Origin: a virus
Lineage: Duplodnaviria > Caudoviricetes
Strand: one strand, 5' to 3'
Length of the DNA stretch: 44,352 nt
Virus record (IMG/VR): IMGVR_UViG_3300032247_000719
Span: 1-44,352 of that record
The notes under the pieces are model-generated. The model saw nothing but the letters and a program-made list of their open reading frames with translations, was not told the DNA's origin and did not search any database. The translations under genes and the position numbers were made by a program. This document shows, one piece after another, positions 43,086-44,352 of this stretch. Position 1 is the stretch's first letter, and each line of letters opens with the position of its first letter.

Positions 43086-43573
43086 TATGACCACTCACTT
43101 CCTATGCCTGTTTCTGGAGTATTTTCACCGATTTTAGTGATTTTGGTGCTTGGATGGTGCAATACCCAGATTTCACCTTCTCCCTCATGTCCGTAGCCCA
43201 CAACGTGATGTAGGGGAACATTCCAGGTGTAGACGCCAGTGTCACCCTGTGCACGGTCATGCTGTCCATAGGTAGGGTTATTGCTCTCTCCCCACTTAGG
43301 GTGGATAGACACATTTGCAAAAGGTGCTCTTGGGGCACCAATTCTGCGTACAGTTACCGTGTTGTCATGATTGACAAACCCCATGCGGCGCAAATTACGT
43401 TGAAGAGAATCTCTGTGTTCCCAGCCCTCATCAGGATGGTTAGCTTCTTTCAAGTAGGTATCTGGGTATTGGTTACCCCATGCCCAATTTACTTGGCTAT
43501 CTTCCGCTTCTGGGCTTATGGTGCCTTGTAAAGCATCGCCAATTTCGTCTGAAAATTGTTGACCCTTATCCAT
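43085..43573 (-). CDS. QF-tagged putative R-S-E ADP-ribosyltransferase
   Basis: MDKGQQF; VTVRRIG, NVS, GEGEI; paralog of 38387-39118. Confidence 0.55.
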   Translation of the reverse strand: MDKGQQFSDEIGDALQGTISPEAEDSQVNWAWGNQYPDTYLKEANHPDEGWEHRDSLQRNLRRMGFVNHDNTVTVRRIGAPRAPFANVSIHPKWGESNNPTYGQHDRAQGDTGVYTWNVPLHHVVGYGHEGEGEIWVLHHPSTKITKIGENTPETGIGSEWS

Positions 43574-44028
43574 TATCTACCGCCGGAGAGAGCTATGAGA
43601 GCCTTTAGGTTAGTATTTCCGGCAATTCTAGGGTGATTCATAAAAGTTTCCATATTATTTCCGCTGATACCAGCACTTAGTACATGGTCCATTAAATGAT
43701 TATCGGTAATTCCCGGATGAGACATGTAATGCTCTAGGTGGTGGTCAAGCAGTCCCGGAACATATTTGTAACTTCCATCTGATGCTATTTTGGCAAGATG
43801 CTGTCCAGCTACTTCAGGACTAGCTTCATGTAGCGTTTTACGATGAAGTCTTAATGTAGTTGCTAGAGCACTTTTTGGGTCAGCAATTTCATCTCTAATC
43901 TCTTTTGCTGCATCGGGACCTTTATCAGTAGCCCAGCTTGCTGTGTAAATACCATTATTACGGAAAGAGCTAAGGGTATTAAGAGCTTGAGCGTCTTGAT
44001 CTTCTCTAAATTGCTGTCCAGCGTCCAT
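43573..44028 (-). CDS. QF-tagged helical His-rich protein
   Basis: Start ATG 44028 (TGATG): MDAGQQF; repeated HP.I motifs suggest helical repeats. Confidence 0.75.
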   Translation of the reverse strand: MDAGQQFREDQDAQALNTLSSFRNNGIYTASWATDKGPDAAKEIRDEIADPKSALATTLRLHRKTLHEASPEVAGQHLAKIASDGSYKYVPGLLDHHLEHYMSHPGITDNHLMDHVLSAGISGNNMETFMNHPRIAGNTNLKALIALSGGR

Positions 44029-44352
44029 CACACTATCCTCAGCTGATCTGGGTTGTAGGTTCTAATGTGCTTACCGACGTAAGGCTTTTTATTACCTTCA
44101 GCGACCTTATCGATGTGAGCCCTTACCTCCCGGTGCATCTGCTTGACATCATCCTCAGAATGCTCCTTAATCTCTGGATAGCCCGGTAGTAGAGGTGCCT
44201 CTCCCAGTGGGGCGTTTTTTGTATCATCTAGGTAGTCTGACACCTCAAACTGAGCATCAGCATAGTTTATCTCACCCTCATACTTGGAGGACCCCCTCTC
44301 CGTGTCCGTCTGCTCCGTGTCTAGCTGAGATAAATACTTGGCCTGAGAATGA
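44028..44352 (-). CDS. Partial CDS (start beyond right edge), hypothetical
   Basis: Frame of track ORF 44028..44243 stays open to the edge: HSQAKYLSQLDTEQTDTERGSSKYEGEINYADAQFEVSDYLDD... Confidence 0.75.
   Translation of the reverse strand, partial: HSQAKYLSQLDTEQTDTERGSSKYEGEINYADAQFEVSDYLDDTKNAPLGEAPLLPGYPEIKEHSEDDVKQMHREVRAHIDKVAEGNKKPYVGKHIRTYNPDQLRIV

Noticed and set aside
126-43531. Plus-strand ORFs in the track other than whiB (e.g. 126-473, 3911-4276, 26865-27236, 32239-32541, 39358-39672)
   Set aside because: Antisense shadows of well-supported minus-strand genes, with no RBS or recognisable motifs.
39118-44028. Tag as a DNA repeat (integron-like cassette or recombination site)
   Set aside because: Third codon positions vary freely, and there are no intergenic spacers or palindromic att-like sites; conservation is at the amino-acid level.
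1-44352. tRNA/rRNA genes, integrase, transposase, stop-codon reassignment
   Set aside because: Intergenic gaps are short with no cloverleaf seen; no recombinase motifs; genes are full length under the standard code with TAA, TAG and TGA all used as stops.

Overview
This window is a ~44 kb slice of a contractile-tailed (myovirus-type) bacteriophage genome. Almost every gene is on the minus strand. The phage-encoded WhiB, an actinophage-type holin/NGG membrane-protein pair and mid-40s %GC (estimated by eye) point to an actinobacterial host, plausibly a low-GC freshwater lineage (inference). In transcription order (right to left) the window holds: (i) ~32.2-44.3 kb, a tightly coupled accessory region; (ii) PASTA/beta-barrel repeat protein, whiB (the only + strand gene), holin-like genes and a KTSC protein; (iii) terminase, portal, scaffold and N4-gp56-type major capsid; (iv) head-tail adaptor plus a cluster of fibre, tailspike and esterase genes; (v) sheath, tube, chaperone, tape measure and baseplate. 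The standout observation is in region (i). Eight genes, most with unrelated bodies, all start with the same 7-residue tag M[DE]xG[PQ]QF, and there are 2-3 further variants. The tag is conserved as protein but not as DNA. Cargo in this array includes candidate R-S-E and Arr-like ADP-ribosyltransferases, GNAT acetyltransferases and His/Cys metal-binding paralogs. This suggests a tag-directed system that loads effector enzymes into the virion, analogous to the T4 internal-protein capsid-targeting sequence. Other leads are a two-hairpin anti-Shine-Dalgarno sRNA candidate upstream of terL, a UUU_CGU +1 frameshift site in the tail chaperone, a Gp5 OB-fold with a jelly-roll domain inserted in place of a needle, a recurring late-promoter motif, unannotated Cys-rich mini-proteins and a phage Dps. 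All family calls are from motif recognition by eye; no searches were run.
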